Positions 50,431-63,885 of a DNA stretch of 64,000 bases are shown here, piece by piece. The notes under the pieces are model-generated. The model made no database searches. It saw nothing but the letters and a program-made list of their open reading frames with translations, and was not told the DNA's origin. Within the stretch, counting starts at the first letter, position 1; each line of letters starts with the position of its first letter. The stretch lies in NCBI GenBank assembly GCA_964252035.1, contig OZ176200.1; one strand, 5' to 3'. The stretch is from Podarcis erhardii (lineage: Eukaryota). The translations under genes and the position numbers were made by a program.

Positions 50431-53400
50431 GCAGATGAAAGTTAAGTGTCGAAATAAGCCTCCATTGTGGATTTTTAAAAGAGCACTATTGGATGAAACC
50501 AGACTATTCCAATCTAGCATCCCACTCTCACAGTGGCCAACCAGATGCTAATGGGAAACCCACATGCAAGACATGTGTGCAACAGCACACTCTACACTTG
50601 TGTTCCCCCAGCGACTGGTATCCAGGGCAAACGGCTTTTGATACTGAGTTATCCCATAACTCAGTTATCATGACCAGTAGCTATAACGATCAGTCAGGGA
50701 TGCTGAAGTTGTATCCTGCATTGCAGATCCTGCACTGAGCAAAGATTCTAAGATTGTTAAGTGGGTGTTGGTCCACAATAATTCTTCATACTACCAGGCC
50801 TAAAAGACACTCCCCCAGTACACACACACACATACACACAATAAATTGAATTTCAAGTGCTTTGACTTCCATGTTCCTCTACTGCTCTGATGTCAATCAA
50901 AGGATACTACAGTGTCACTCAGCTACAGCAAATGCAACACTGTGGGATATTCAGTCCTCCACATTCTATAACTGACAACCTGGCTACAGCCCTCTTTGAC
51001 TCACATTGGAGCGGCTGAGGAAGTGGAAGCCAAAATGTTTTGCTATAATTAATTTGATCAGTTTGTGAGTCACTGTAATAAATACATGGTATTAGTGATT
51101 AAATGCATCCTTCCACGATTCAGAGCGAACTTGTCTGAAGTACTGTGTGAGATACTGCCACCAACTTTGATACACAAACCCCCACAAAGGAAGACTGATT
51201 TCCCCAAAGAGAACTTCTTAAGCTTGGCAGCAACACAGGCTTTGATTCAGTCTTCAGAGTTCTGTTGGACAGGAGTGAACTGGGCAAAACAACAACAACC
51301 CAGCAATTCTTTCCCTATTGAGACGGTTCCACTGCTCTATCATGTCGCTCCAAAACAGTCCACAGTTGTGGGAACAAAAGCTCAGCTGCTTCATTCTTAA
51401 CTGTCCCAGTGATCTGCAGTGGGTCAGAGGCTGACTTAGTAGAAAAACAAAGACTCCCATTTTCCCACTTCCTCTCTAGGGCATGCCAGCCAGAAAAACT
51501 TGCAAAAGGCAAAGGGGGTAGGGGAGAGACAGTGGGCAGAGACTAAAAGCTGTCAGATTCAAATTGGCAGAACTCACACAATGAACCTAGACTGATTTGT
51601 TAGGACTTGTGTTCACCTATCTGCTACCCTCATATCTTGTGGTAGCAAATTCCTTAGTTTATCTGCACTGTATAAAGTAGTTCTTTCTTTTGTCAGTTCT
51701 GTATCTCCCACCATTTGGCTTTGATGGATTGCCATGGCTTCCAGTATTATTGGAAAGGAATAAAAACTTCTGTCTACCTTCTACACACCATGCATCATTT
51801 TATATATCTCTATCATATCCTGTCTGACCCATTATTTTTCTAAGCTAAAAAGCCCCAAATTGCCCCTGACCCTGGAGGTACATCAGCCACCATGACTAGC
51901 AGCCATAGCCTGCTCCTCCTTGGATTCCTGCAATAGAGAGGTGCTCTTGGCATCCCTCCTGGAGGAGACCGATTTTAGGGAACAACCAAGCCCTTGCAAT
52001 ATACACTAAAAAAAAATCCTGGTTTTAATATATATACCGTATTTATTTTAATGTTTAGATTAGTTGTACTTCTAGCCTGTTTTTCACCAAATAGCCCCAG
52101 GGCAGCTTAACGAATATATAATTAAGGTAAGTACAGCTGCACAATTAAAAACAAAATAAGAACCACAAAGACAACCGACAACAAAACAATAGCAAGGAAC
52201 TGCAGTGTAGGAGTGCTGATATTGCAGATTAGAGATGTAGTCAGAAAATGTCAACTGTTTTCACAATCACAGTTTTTGGTGCTGACAACCCCAATATCCT
52301 TTCTTAGGTTTCTAGCGAGAGCACATAAAAACCAGCAGATTGTGCTCTGCTTTTCATAATGCTGCCAGCAAATATGCAAAGCGAGTAGCACCTGCAACAA
52401 AATGTTAACAGTGTGCAGTGCTTCTGTTTATGGGTGCAGGTTCCAGAATATTCCATTCTACTACCCCTCACAAAAAAGTCAGCATTTAATGGCCATTGAG
52501 AATGCACGGTGTTCACTGAGTTGCTTTGGTTCCTGAAGATTTTTTGCAATTCTTAAAATCTTGAGGCTCCCCAAAGCCTGCTGACTCCATGCACAAGGGA
52601 AGGTTAGTGATGTTTTGGCTACATAAGGATCCAAACTTGGAGAAGTGAGGATGCTGTGAGTATATGTTGGATTGAGCACTGCACACACACCATCAACTAC
52701 ATGAAAACTGACCAGAAATACTGGCAGATATCTAGAGGAAAGCTGCTTTTAAAACTAGTTTTCTAATTATGGGTACAAAAGAAGGAGAGATGAAATAAGT
52801 CCCAATGAGTTTCTTTAGAGTGGCTGCACAGAAGCTGTGATGCTACTTTGCCTTTGCTGCCCTGGACCCACGAAGACAAAAAATAATCTACGAAACAGTC
52901 TACACTCTTATTTTGCAGTGCCACTAGGGTCATGGGCAACATTTGGAAACTGACGTGGCAAGGCATCACTGAGGCTGGGACTGTAATTATTTAACTCCCC
53001 AGGCACATGTACACTTTGCACTCTTAAGCACTGGGTTGCAGGGGGAGAGAGGCAAGCCTTCCCTAAAATTAGGGAAAGCCAGAAGCGAAAGGAATAGCTC
53101 CTCTTCAGCTGACCTTTATTTCCTCTGGAAGGGGGTCCTTACCAAACATATCAGTACAGTTCTTATGCATAAAATGTGTCCTTTACTTGTTTAAAAGCAA
53201 GAACATAGCTGTGTACCTTGATAGTGCCAAATAACCTTTAAGGGGGACATGGATAGAGTGAACTTCAGACTTCCTAGAAGAGAGATTCAGCTTGGATGTA
53301 CTGCCAAAGGAGAGTGGATTTATTTGGATAGACTCCAAAGTAGATGACAGCAGTGATGATAGTTGAGCATGTGCTATAACCTTATGAAATGCTATGTATA

Positions 53401-54148
53401 CACACTCACACACTTTAACAGAAGAAGGCCACCAGCAAGCTGAGCTTTGGCAATGCTAGATAGGATTATTAATGGAAATTAGAGAACTCACACTAGAGTG
53501 CTGAAGGAGAGGGAAGGTGACTCCTATTGAGGGATCACAGTAATAAACATCCTTAAGCTATTATCTCCAGTTCCTAGCATAAAAGATGGGTGGTCTCAAT
53601 TTGTGTGTATGCCCAATCTCTCTTCATCCCTCACCCAGGGAGCTATTCAGCTAGGCTTTACTGGAGCAGATCTACTTACCTTAATGGACCCAACTTAATC
53701 ATGTTTATTAATTTCAGTGGATCTTCTTTAAATAAAACCTAGCTGAATACAACCTCTAATATTTTGGTCAACCATCTCAATATTGTTTATAATATGCTCT
53801 TCATTGCAATGCAGCTCCATAGAGGGTTACAAATAAAATACAAACTTACATTATACTACAGTGCCTTAGAAAACAAGGCAATTAATTACAAGCATAAAAT
53901 GAAAAAAAAACCCACATCAAGCCTGACACTAATATCCACCAAAGTCCTGAGTGAATAGAAAGGCTTTCACCTGGCACTGGAAATTAACGAAGTAGGGCTT
54001 TATTTTTCTATGGAAACTTTCCATTTCATAAATTCTTAAGTTCACAATGAACAGATGCCAATTGCAAATACAGTATTAAGCAAGCTTGTTACCTTTCTTT
54101 ACTAAGTACAAGAAAAACAAATATGCTAAATTAGACCACTCTCTAGGG

Positions 54149-54284
54149 CAGGCATCCCCAAACTCAGCCCTCCAGATGTTTTGGGACTACAACTCCCATC
54201 ATCCCTAGCTAACGGGACCAGTGGTCAGGGATGATGGGAATTGTAGTCCCAAAACATCTGGAGGGCCGAGTTTGGGGGTGTCTG
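54149..54284. mobile_element. 136-bp palindromic hAT-type MITE
   Basis: Whole element is a near-perfect hairpin. 8-bp TSD ctctaggg / ctttaggg. Confidence 0.82.
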
Positions 54285-56375
54285 CTTTAGGGCATCAGAA
54301 AATTTCCCAATTGAAATTACCCTAATTGTATTTTGATTCTTGAAAAAGAAATCCAGAAAACCCAACATCCCCAACATCACTGCAGGAAACTCAAGTGGTG
54401 TAAACTCCAGTCACATCTCAGAGGGATTCCAAAGCTGGGGCACCAACCCAGAGACGGCTTATCACTGCATAACAAGCTTCCCACAGAGGAATTATAGCTA
54501 AGAGAACCTCTGCATCAAATCTCAACAGTTAGGCAGGGCTGTACAGATGGAGGCCCTATTCCAGACAACCTAACCTTAAATTGTGTGGGGCTTATAGCCA
54601 TGTTTGTTTGGGGTGCTGCTACATGACCACCACATACAAGCTGCCCTGGTTCCCACCAGATTCTTCTCCCCTCCTCCATCTCCATAAGCCCTCCCTGCTG
54701 GTGCCCAGAAGCTCTAATTTGGGGAAACCCTGTAACTTCTCATAATCTCCCAATACTTAAACCAACAGAACCAAGGTGGGGAACCTTTGATCCTCCAGAT
54801 GTTGCTGAACTAGAGTTCTCAGCAAGCATAGCCAGTGGCCAGGGTTGATAGGAGTTGTAATTCAGCAACATCTAGAAGGCCAGAGGTCCCACACCACAGC
54901 AACAGAGAGACACAAAACAATTAGAAGCACCACCAGCTCTCTTCCCAGGAAGGGTCAATTTGACCTGCAAAAATATTCAACTCACAAAAGCAAAGCAATT
55001 CAAATTAGTGGCAAATAAGATTTATCTGCAAGCAAGAGATGGCATAGCTACTGACAGTCATTCTGGAAGCCCCGGTTCTTCTTGGGGAGGATCCATCTCA
55101 GAGCAAAGGGCACTAGCTAAAGCCAGGAACATTCCAGCTTCATTAGGTATTCCATTACAGACCAACACAGAGGGCATTTTAACATGTGAGGCTTAAAAAG
55201 CATTCCAAGAGGAATGTAAAGCTATACTGGCCAAAATACACACCCACTTGTACGGGGGGGGGAGGGGGGAGGGAGCACAGCCATGATTACAGATGAAGGG
55301 ATAACTAAATAAATTCCAAGGCATCAAAATGGTCTCACAAGGGCATCAGAAAGGGCCCAAGGATATGATTTGCGTGACCTGGAAGGAGACACTTTGAATT
55401 TAAGACTGAAGAATGCAAACCTTGATTGAGAAAGTTGGTGCTGTCTCTGTTGCGTGAGGAAAGGGGAACAGGCAGAGGGATTCTGGAGGTGTGGAGCTGC
55501 AAAGAACAAATGTTTGTCCTTTCAAAACATGTGGTTTCAGATACTGGAGACTGATATTGCACAATGGCAAGCAGAGGCGGATTTAGGGAAGCACAACTGG
55601 TCTTGTCACACTGGGTGCAGAGCCTCAGGGGCACCACGACTATGAGGTAGAATGGAAAGGGAGAGGCTCGATGGGGTGGGGTGCCGAATTTTGGTGTTGC
55701 ACAGGGAGCTGATGAAATGGGAGACCTCAAGGTCTGCCACTGTTGCAAGGGCTATCATTTAGTCAGCTTTCCACCTCCAAGGTATGCCAGCTACATTTTA
55801 AAAACAGACCATCTCAAAGAGACCCAACATGATACAGGAGATGGGATGGGAGATGGACCATTTCAGACAGAAACAGCCACTCTGCAATCGGGCTAGACTG
55901 TTTCTAACTATGAGGCACATGCAATCCCCCACCCCCATTGTAACATTGTGATGGGAGTAGCCAGAGCTGTGGAACTTGTTTTCTTCAAGAGCTCTTTGGA
56001 ACAGATGCTATAGGCCTTATCTATCAAGGTCACCCTACTCTATACATCTGGGCATCAACCTCATTAAAAGAGCTGCTTCCCAACAATGTAAGATCTGCAC
56101 AGATTTATCAAACACTGATTCCAAAGCATCCTTCTGCCTCTTCCCAGTTGCAAATCATCTTATTCCAGCCAGGATCATGACAGCTGCCGCCTGGATTTTC
56201 CTACAAGGCTACCATGACACACTGGTTGCTCTTTCTCTCTCCACCACTTGGCAATCTGCTTTACATCACACCCTTCCTGTTTTCACACATTCCATATCTG
56301 TTCCAGCAGGCTTTGCTTTTCGCCAATTTATTTTTCATCCCTGAAGAAAAGAAAGGCAGCAACACCAGTCAGTAC

Positions 56376-56377
<2 letters not shown>

Positions 56378-56412
<35 letters not shown>
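56378..56412. repeat. (CA)n microsatellite
   Basis: Read directly. Others: (GT)n 1789-1810, (TAAA)n 14144-14188, (AAT)n 16245-16292, (CT)n/(GT)n 60194-60255, (AAT)n 61469-61500. Confidence 0.95.
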
Positions 56413-56414
<2 letters not shown>

Positions 56415-58919
56415 ATTGCAAATGACAGGGAGCCAGCTAAGTTACCTGCAGCTGAGGCTGGGGGTACTTACTAAAGGTAGAGGTATTCAGTGGGCAGACC
56501 CAAGATAGCAACTCTCCAGTCAGCAACCATATCATAGATTCCTCATAGCAGAAATTGGGGAAGGGGCTTCTTTCCTGTCAAAGTTTCAATTTTCCCAATT
56601 CAGCAGTCCCAGTGTCCAGCAGTATCCCATGCCTGCCTCATTTTATTTGCTAACTTTGGGGAAGTTTAACAAAGGCACCAGAAGAGGCTGCCTTAGACTA
56701 GTAATGAAGCAGTTTTCAACTATATTCTACTCAACAAGAAGCAACCATGTATATCTCCAGTCAGTGGAGGGTGGGGCTGAGATGAACAGCCGAGGAAAAC
56801 ACACTTTGTGGTTTCCCAATAAACAACCAAGCTCCTCTCCTTCTGCTCGCTTTGTTCCTTCTCCATCTGCATATGGCAGTCATGAAACTATCTCTCACAA
56901 TGTAAGCTTAGAATCCAAAGGGAGGCAAATTTTTGCACATCTGTCAAAAACCCTCAGGCGACCACAGAAACAACTGGTGAAGGTTTATAGTGACTCTTCT
57001 TTTTTTTAAGGATCACCCACAGAATAAGTGCAGAGGTTCCTCTAACTAAAAGAAAAATCTGTGGAAAGGGGGACTGTCATAATGATGCCCACCAATTACA
57101 ATCTACTAAGTGAGTCACAGTATCTTTTTAACATGCTTGTTTTGGGAAAAGAACTCAATGAGTTGGTTTAGCCTTCTAGACCATTATGAAATGCTTTCTG
57201 CACACATAGGAACACAGGGTTTCAGGCAAAAGGTCTTCCCCAGCTTCACCTGGAGATGTCAGGGATTGAACCTGGGACCTTCTGCAAAGCAGATGCTCTA
57301 CCTCTGAGTGACAGCCCTTCCCCGGCTGTTGAGTTGTTGCCTTCTCTGTTAACTACGGCTGCCTCCCAGCCCTCTAAAAGCCTGGAAGCCTCGGAAGATG
57401 CTGCAGCAGGTGCCCTTCCTGCCTTGCTCCTCCACTGCTCTTCTGCTCACCCTTCTTGCTGTGGAGCCAGAGAGCCCCACTTTCTGTGGCAAAGTGGAAG
57501 AAAGGTGGGCAAAGGCACTAGTGGAGGAGCACAGTAGGAAAGGGTGCATTTTCCTTTGCTGCTCCAGTCTGTTTTTTTCAACAAAACAAAACAAAACAAA
57601 AAACAAAGCAGGGACAGATATTATCTCTTAAGTTGGCAGCTGGCAATGCTGTTGTCAATAGACTGCACCACCCTAGAACGCCTTGCCACAATCCGAAAAA
57701 CAGCAGCAAAAAACAAAACCCCAATAAAGTGATAAATCATTGGAAAAGAACAGAAGTTTATAACCTTGCATGGGAGACAAAGCTTATTTGCAGGCATTAA
57801 GACACTCACGTGACTACTGCCTCTTTATGGGGCTTGTTTCCTCAGAAGTGTTGAGAAATGGTGTACACTAGAACAATTTGTTCTGATTTCTGAGTGGCCT
57901 TCTGCACTCCCAGGCCTTCCAGTTTCTGAGGTGGGGTGAGGGGTGGTGGGGAAGATGGGGCCAGCTATGCAACTTCTTCATACTCCTCTTTGTTTGGGAT
58001 GCAGTGCAAAAAGACAAGGAGCCTTTCTTGAACAACAGCAGCCCTATGCTAAAGGCCATTCTCTACGAGGAGAGCACACGAGCCATCCTTCCTACACTAC
58101 AAGCTGCCACATTTATTTTTTTTAAAAGGTCATCTTGCACAAATATTTGAGAAATGACGCTACACAAACAAATAATTCTGCAAAAGAGAGTTCTTAGAAA
58201 GCCTGGCCAAGAGCCATGGCTATGCTTCCAGTTCCAAGGACAGTAAGAACAGCTCCCCATAAAAGTGGGGAACAGATGGTTTCGAATTAATTCAAATTTT
58301 ATCAAGCTGCATCATGAAAACATAGCTCCCTAGATGGGCCTATTTCCATCCTGGGTAAGCTTAACACAGACTGGCATCAGAATCCTTTTGTTCTGTGGCT
58401 TATTGGGTTTGGAGCAATTAAAGCTAGCCTTATTCATCAGTCTCCTTAATTATAAACTATAATTATAAGCTCAGCCTTCATTGTCAGTAGCATTACTTTA
58501 CTACAATATATAAATGATTCTGGAGAATGAGTAGATAAACCCTCTTTTTTATACAGAAATCTCAACAAGCTCACATACATACATGCTGCACAAGAAGTAC
58601 AGTATTTTGGCTTTACGCAGTAATGTAAGATGAAAAACATCATGATGGCAAGATATCCCCACTCTGAACCCTACCTTTAGCAGAACTTTCATTTAAGAAA
58701 ATGAAATGGTTTCAATAACTGTGCAGCAGTAAATTCATTTGGGCATGAATATTGGTTATAGAACCTAACAGATTCCAGAGCATATTATCTACATTTTGTA
58801 AGCCTTGTTTCAAATTCTGACTAGGACTGAGATGAGCATTTTCCAGAAAATGTACTGTTAATGGGGAGAGGGACAAGAAGCTTCATTTACTCAATTCAAT
58901 CACTACCACTAATGCTGTA

Positions 58920-59158
58920 CAGTGGTATCTCGAGTTATAGACGCTTCAGGTTACAGGAGCTTCAGGTTTCAGACTCTGTTAACCCAGAAATAGTACCTCA
59001 GTTTAAGAACTCTGCTTCAGGATGAGAACAGAAATCACGTGGCAGCGCAGCAGCAGCGGGAGGCCCCATTAGCTAAAGTGATACCTCAGGTTAAGAACAG
59101 TTTCAAGTTAAGAATGGACCTCCAGAACAAATTAAGTTCTTAACCCAAGGTACCACTG
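58920..59158. mobile_element. Tc1/mariner-pogo type MITE
   Basis: Same family, TA TSD on both sides. Confidence 0.85.
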
Positions 59159-59459
59159 TATTTATAAAGCACAATAAATTCCCAAATTGCAATGATAACC
59201 CGTAGCGATCAAGTACTACAATTTACAACAACACTAAATAATTCAGCTTTATGTCAAAATCAAGGTGAAAATCCTCCCCTCTTCCAAGAAAAATCCTCAT
59301 CCACTGATGCATAAGATCCTAATTTCATATGGTATATACTTATAATTATGTACACATTCATGTTTAGTCACAGACTTTCAAAAATAATAGAGATCTTCCT
59401 TGTAAGGGTGTGTATGTTGTGTACTTAACATGTTGCAGTGCATGAATGAAAGTATAAAG

Positions 59460-59507
59460 TACCACTAACAAGGTGTGAGAAGATACCACTAACAAGGTGT
59501 GAGAAGA
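59460..59507. repeat. 24-bp tandem duplication (taccactaacaaggtgtgagaaga x2)
   Basis: Two perfect tandem copies. Confidence 0.95.
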
Positions 59508-59800
59508 TAAACATCTGAACACTTTCTTTTGCAAAAGGGCAGTGGGTAGCTGTAAACAGTGTTTAAAGCGACCAGAATTTTCAGGATGTACATAGTTTTG
59601 CAATTTACAGTTAACAAGTAAGGCCAGCCAGAGTTGAGTCATCCAGAATAGAAATGGTACTGTCCTGAGTGATATTGTGCAAACTATGAGTTCTGCTGGT
59701 TTGACACCTCCTAGCAGCCACAATTATTTAGCTCATTTCCCACCAGAGGTTCCCCTACAGTAGGAGACTAATGGGGCAGGTTGGATCTCTTTAACAAAAG

Positions 59801-59845
59801 AGTGTAAATGGAGCTAGTGTAAATGGAGCTAGTGTAAATGGAGCT
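59801..59845. repeat. 15-bp unit x3 (agtgtaaatggagct)
   Basis: Three perfect tandem copies. Confidence 0.95.
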
Positions 59846-59944
59846 AACAAATGCAGTTCCTGCCACTATATAGGGCTCAGTCTGTTTGTTGCTGAAGGAA
59901 CTGTGTATCTGTGTATCTACAGCACAGCCTGAGCCTTGCCTTAC

Positions 59945-60023
59945 CTTGTCTTGCATGCAGCTGGAGCCTCACCTCATCTCGCCTCACCTCATTCCACTGC
60001 TGCCTACTCCCTAGTTCAGCAGA
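59945..60023 (-). other. Candidate 79-nt cassette exon upstream of PNPLA2 coding exon 2
   Basis: Acceptor cccctctgtcttgttgtttttcctctag| and donor CAAG|gtaagg. Confidence 0.45.
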
Positions 60024-60191
60024 CTAGAGGAAAAACAACAAGACAGAGGGGCTGGGGAAAGGCTGCATGTGTACAGTAGTGCTCACGAGAGACAATGTGG
60101 TCTAGTCTAGTGGTTAAGAGTGGCTGACTAGAACTTGGAAGACCCATGTTCAAATTCCCATTGAGCGGTCTTGGTCCAATCACATGCGCGT

Positions 60192-60238
<47 letters not shown>

Positions 60239-61468
60239 TGTGTGTGTGTGTGTGTCTAAGGCACCTGATAAGGAGAACCACAGTGTGGGTGGGTGTCTGT
60301 GTATGGTGCTTTGAGCTCCTTGGGAAAAAGGCAGGATATAAGTAAAGTGGTGATTCAGGGGCAGACTCGGTAAACTTTTGTAGTACGGTGCCCTGTGTGA
60401 GGTCAAAATTTGGTGCTCCCAAATGGATCTTCTCAGTTATGGATCTTCTCAATTTTGTGCCTCCTCGGCTCGGTACCCTGTGAGGGGAGACAGCCCACAG
60501 TGTCCTAATTCTGGCACTGGGTGATATCAATACTTTGCAAAGAAGTGTTTGCCACTAACAGTTTACCTCTAACAATGTGCAAACTGCAGTTTGTTTCCAT
60601 AACGGTTTACCAAGGCAGGGTGGCTTTTAGATACAAAGCCATTTTATCAGATGTGTGGGCTGTGAAGCTATACTGAAAAACACCATGCTGTTACTTGCAC
60701 TCCTCCACCCCACTTCTTGAGTGCTTATTGCTGCAAGAACAGAGGTCATTCCCCCTCCATCCCACCTCCAGTGAAGTTAACAGACAAGACTCCACTCTTG
60801 TTATCAAAGCTTTCCTAATCACTTAGACCAGAGAAAACTAGACTGCTTCTGCTGAAATGCAGAATTAACCATCTTCACCATATTTGTTCTGTAGGGCCAG
60901 TGAGACCATAGGAGAGAGCAGAGAGTATTTATGCTACCTTACATTTGCTTTCCTTTAACACTCTCTCCCTTTCCTCTTCATCAGAGGCCTTTAAGAAGTG
61001 CAAGTGCCCAACTAGATGTGATGGGGCTGGGCTCGTTGGTTTCTCATGAGCCTCCAGTTTTCACTTGTGAAGCAGGAAAGAGTATAATTATCATAAGATG
61101 TGAATAGAAGGGCCAGTGGAGCTTAAGCATCTCTTCTCTTATGTGGTGCCTCACCCTGCCCAATAGCTTCAGGCTGCTTTTCATGTCCTGGCAAGTCCAG
61201 CTTAGCAGGGTTTGAATGAATCCTAACTCCAAGTGTGTTGTGCATTGCTTATTTGCTTACTTGCTTATTTATTTACTTAATCTCCCCATTCATTTCTTTT
61301 CCATCTTTCATCCAAGGAGCTCAAAGTGGTCTACGTAGTTCTTCTCCTCCCCATTATATTCTCACAGCAACCCTGTGAGGTAGGTTAGACTGAGAGTGAA
61401 TGACTGCCCACGGCTGAGGGGGGATTTGAACCCTGGTCTTCCAGGTCCTGGTCCAACACTCTGACAAC

Positions 61469-61502
<34 letters not shown>

Positions 61503-61981
61503 TTTATTTATACCCTGCCCTCCCCAGCCAAGACCGGGCTCAGGGCGGCTAACACCTGATATAAAACAAATTGACTGAAATACAACTTAAAAACAAGATT
61601 AAAATACAACATTAAAACTCAAATCAAAAGCTTTTTTGGGAATGAAAACCTCAAGTCTTCACCAAGACTAACTACAATATATTGCAAGTGTTAATGTAAA
61701 GTGCAAATGCCAGAGTTCAGATCCCTGATGAACTGCAAAGCTCACTCACTGAATGGGAGACTCACTCCCTTTCTGAGCTAACCCTGCCTCACAGCACTGT
61801 TGTGAGGATACGCAAGTTTTGCTATTTTATCACCCACAACTCCTTAGCATGTTTGCAATGTTCCTTTTTATGGTGTTGAAGGGTTGTTTTGTTTTTGTTT
61901 TATTTTTAAAATCTGTCTGGCCTAGAACTTCCAGAGAACATAGTAATATAGGGTCAGGCAGGAGTATTCTAGTCATTAGGA

Positions 61982-62117
61982 CAGTGATGGCCAAACTTGG
62001 CCCTCCAGCAGTTTTGGGACTATAACTCCCATCATTCCTAGCGAATAGGACCAGTGGTTGGGGATGTTGGGAATTGTAGTCCCAAAACAGCTGGAGGGCC
62101 AAGTTTGGCCATCACTG
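61982..62117. mobile_element. 136-bp palindromic hAT-type MITE
   Basis: TIR CAGTGATGGCCAAACTTGGCCCTCCAGC. Perfect 8-bp TSD cattagga. Degraded relatives at about 5735-5872, 8107-8192, 19350-19465, 34996-35123 and 54775-54895. Confidence 0.88.
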
Positions 62118-62739
62118 CATTAGGAGATAACCAGATAAGAGAGGAGAAAAGTCTGCATTGCAAATTCAGGCCTTAGAGGCTAGATCCAGCACTAGGGAGG
62201 CTCTCTGCGCCCTTTCAAAATCCTCTCTCATGAAAGCATCAAGGATTCACTCTGCTAGGTTGCTTCATATACTGGCTTTCTCTCCCCCTGAAACTCTGTC
62301 CTCTTTGCCCTTCCATCTAGTGCTTACGTACTAAGGCTTATGGTTTACAATTTAACTTTGCCCCATTGGTGTTGGGTTACTCACGGCAAGCTGCCAACAG
62401 TTAAGTCATAATGAATTTATTCCAATGGACTGCCTCCCAAGGGCAATATAATTTACAAGCAAGGCACAGTGATGTGTGGTTCAAAGACTAAAGTTTTCCA
62501 CATACACTTGGTTAAGCCATTGGCATACTCCATCCTCAAGGGAGTCTTGGTGCTGCAATATCTGGTGGTAGAAGTGGAGTTTTCTCATCAGCAGACTACC
62601 CATGGATTCCTTCAGCTTTCCACAAGTCTGTTTCTGGGGGAGCAGTTGCACAATTCAGGTTTGCATTGTACACAAACAAGAATTTGCAAGGGAGTCTCAT
62701 TAATGTAGGCTCCTCTAACTAAACAATGGCCAGAGATTA

Positions 62740-63080
62740 TGGCTGCTTGCATACTGCAATCATGTGGAAGCACAAAATACAGCCGTGGACAAAAAATTCA
62801 ATTACATTTTTTAAAAGGAGGTTTTCTATTCTAACGGTGGCAACAAGAACAGTTTGAATTGGGCCCAGAAACAAAACTGGTAACCAGTGTAGACATAACA
62901 AAACTAGAGCAACAATTGACCCCAGTGAACCACAGTTCAGGCTGTTGTGTTCTATACAAGCTGATGCTTCCACCCAACTGGCCCTTATAAAGGGTTCAGA
63001 GCATCTGGTCCTTAACAGCTCACAGTGTGGTAAGAGATTGGAGGAGGTATTAAAACTCAATTAAGAAAACTCATTTAGCA
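62740..63080 (-). mobile_element. Decayed L2 LINE fragment
   Basis: LHWLPV motif of the L2 ORF2 C-terminus in ORF 62737..63060. Confidence 0.65.
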
Positions 63081-63139
63081 AAGTTCTAGTACTGATGCCT
63101 TATCACAGAATCCAAATCTCGGAAGCAAGAAAGCCTATA

Positions 63140-63365
63140 CAGTGGTACCTCAGGTTACATAAGCTTCAGGTTACAGACTCCGCTAACCCAGAAATAGTGC
63201 TTCAGGTTAAGAACTTTGCTTCAGGATGAGAACAGAAATCATGCTCCGGTGGCGTGGCGGCAGCAGGAGGCCTTATTAGCTAAAGTGGTGCTTCAGGTTA
63301 AGAACAGTTTCAGGTTAGGAACGGACCTCCGGAACGAATTAAGTACTTAACCTGAGGTACCACTG
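63140..63365. mobile_element. Tc1/mariner-pogo type MITE
   Basis: Same family, TA TSD on both sides. Confidence 0.85.
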
Positions 63366-63639
63366 TATGTACAATGCCTCCCATTTCCTGAAGCAAGTTA
63401 CGTCCATACTGAGTAACACAAGTAAGAAAGGCAGCCTGGTTAGGTGCACAACTGGGGCTGAATTTCATTCTTCTCTCTTTCTCTTTATACTCTAGTGACA
63501 AATTGACAGGACTAAGGGTGGCTCTTTAGAAAGTGACAAATGATGTGCCCCACCATCACAAAACTCCTAAGAGGCTTCAAACATCTAGAGCCTTCTGAAG
63601 CATTGGAAGAGTTACAGGTAGATAACGAGAAGGCTCATC

Positions 63640-63885
63640 ATCTAGCAATCATGTTCCTCGCTTCACGTTACAAGAAAAGAGTTTCCAAACATCAGTAAAA
63701 ACTATCTGACAGTAAGAGCTGTTCAACAGTGAAACAGTCTTCCACGGGAGGTTGTGATTTCTCCTTCCCTTGAGGTTTTTAAGCCGAAATTGGATGGCCA
63801 TGTGTTATGGATGTTTTAGTTAAGATTCCTGTATTGTAGGGGGACTAGATGACTCTTGGGGGTCCCTTCTAACTCTATGATCCTA
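63640..63885 (+). mobile_element. CR1 LINE 3' end
   Basis: Ends in ggtcccttctaactctatgat, the typical CR1 terminus. Related fragments at about 6851-7029 and 7850-8060. Confidence 0.7.

Noticed and set aside
55254-55273. G-quadruplex-like G runs (also near 29260-29288)
   Set aside because: G runs are common in this sequence, and nothing here supports a function.
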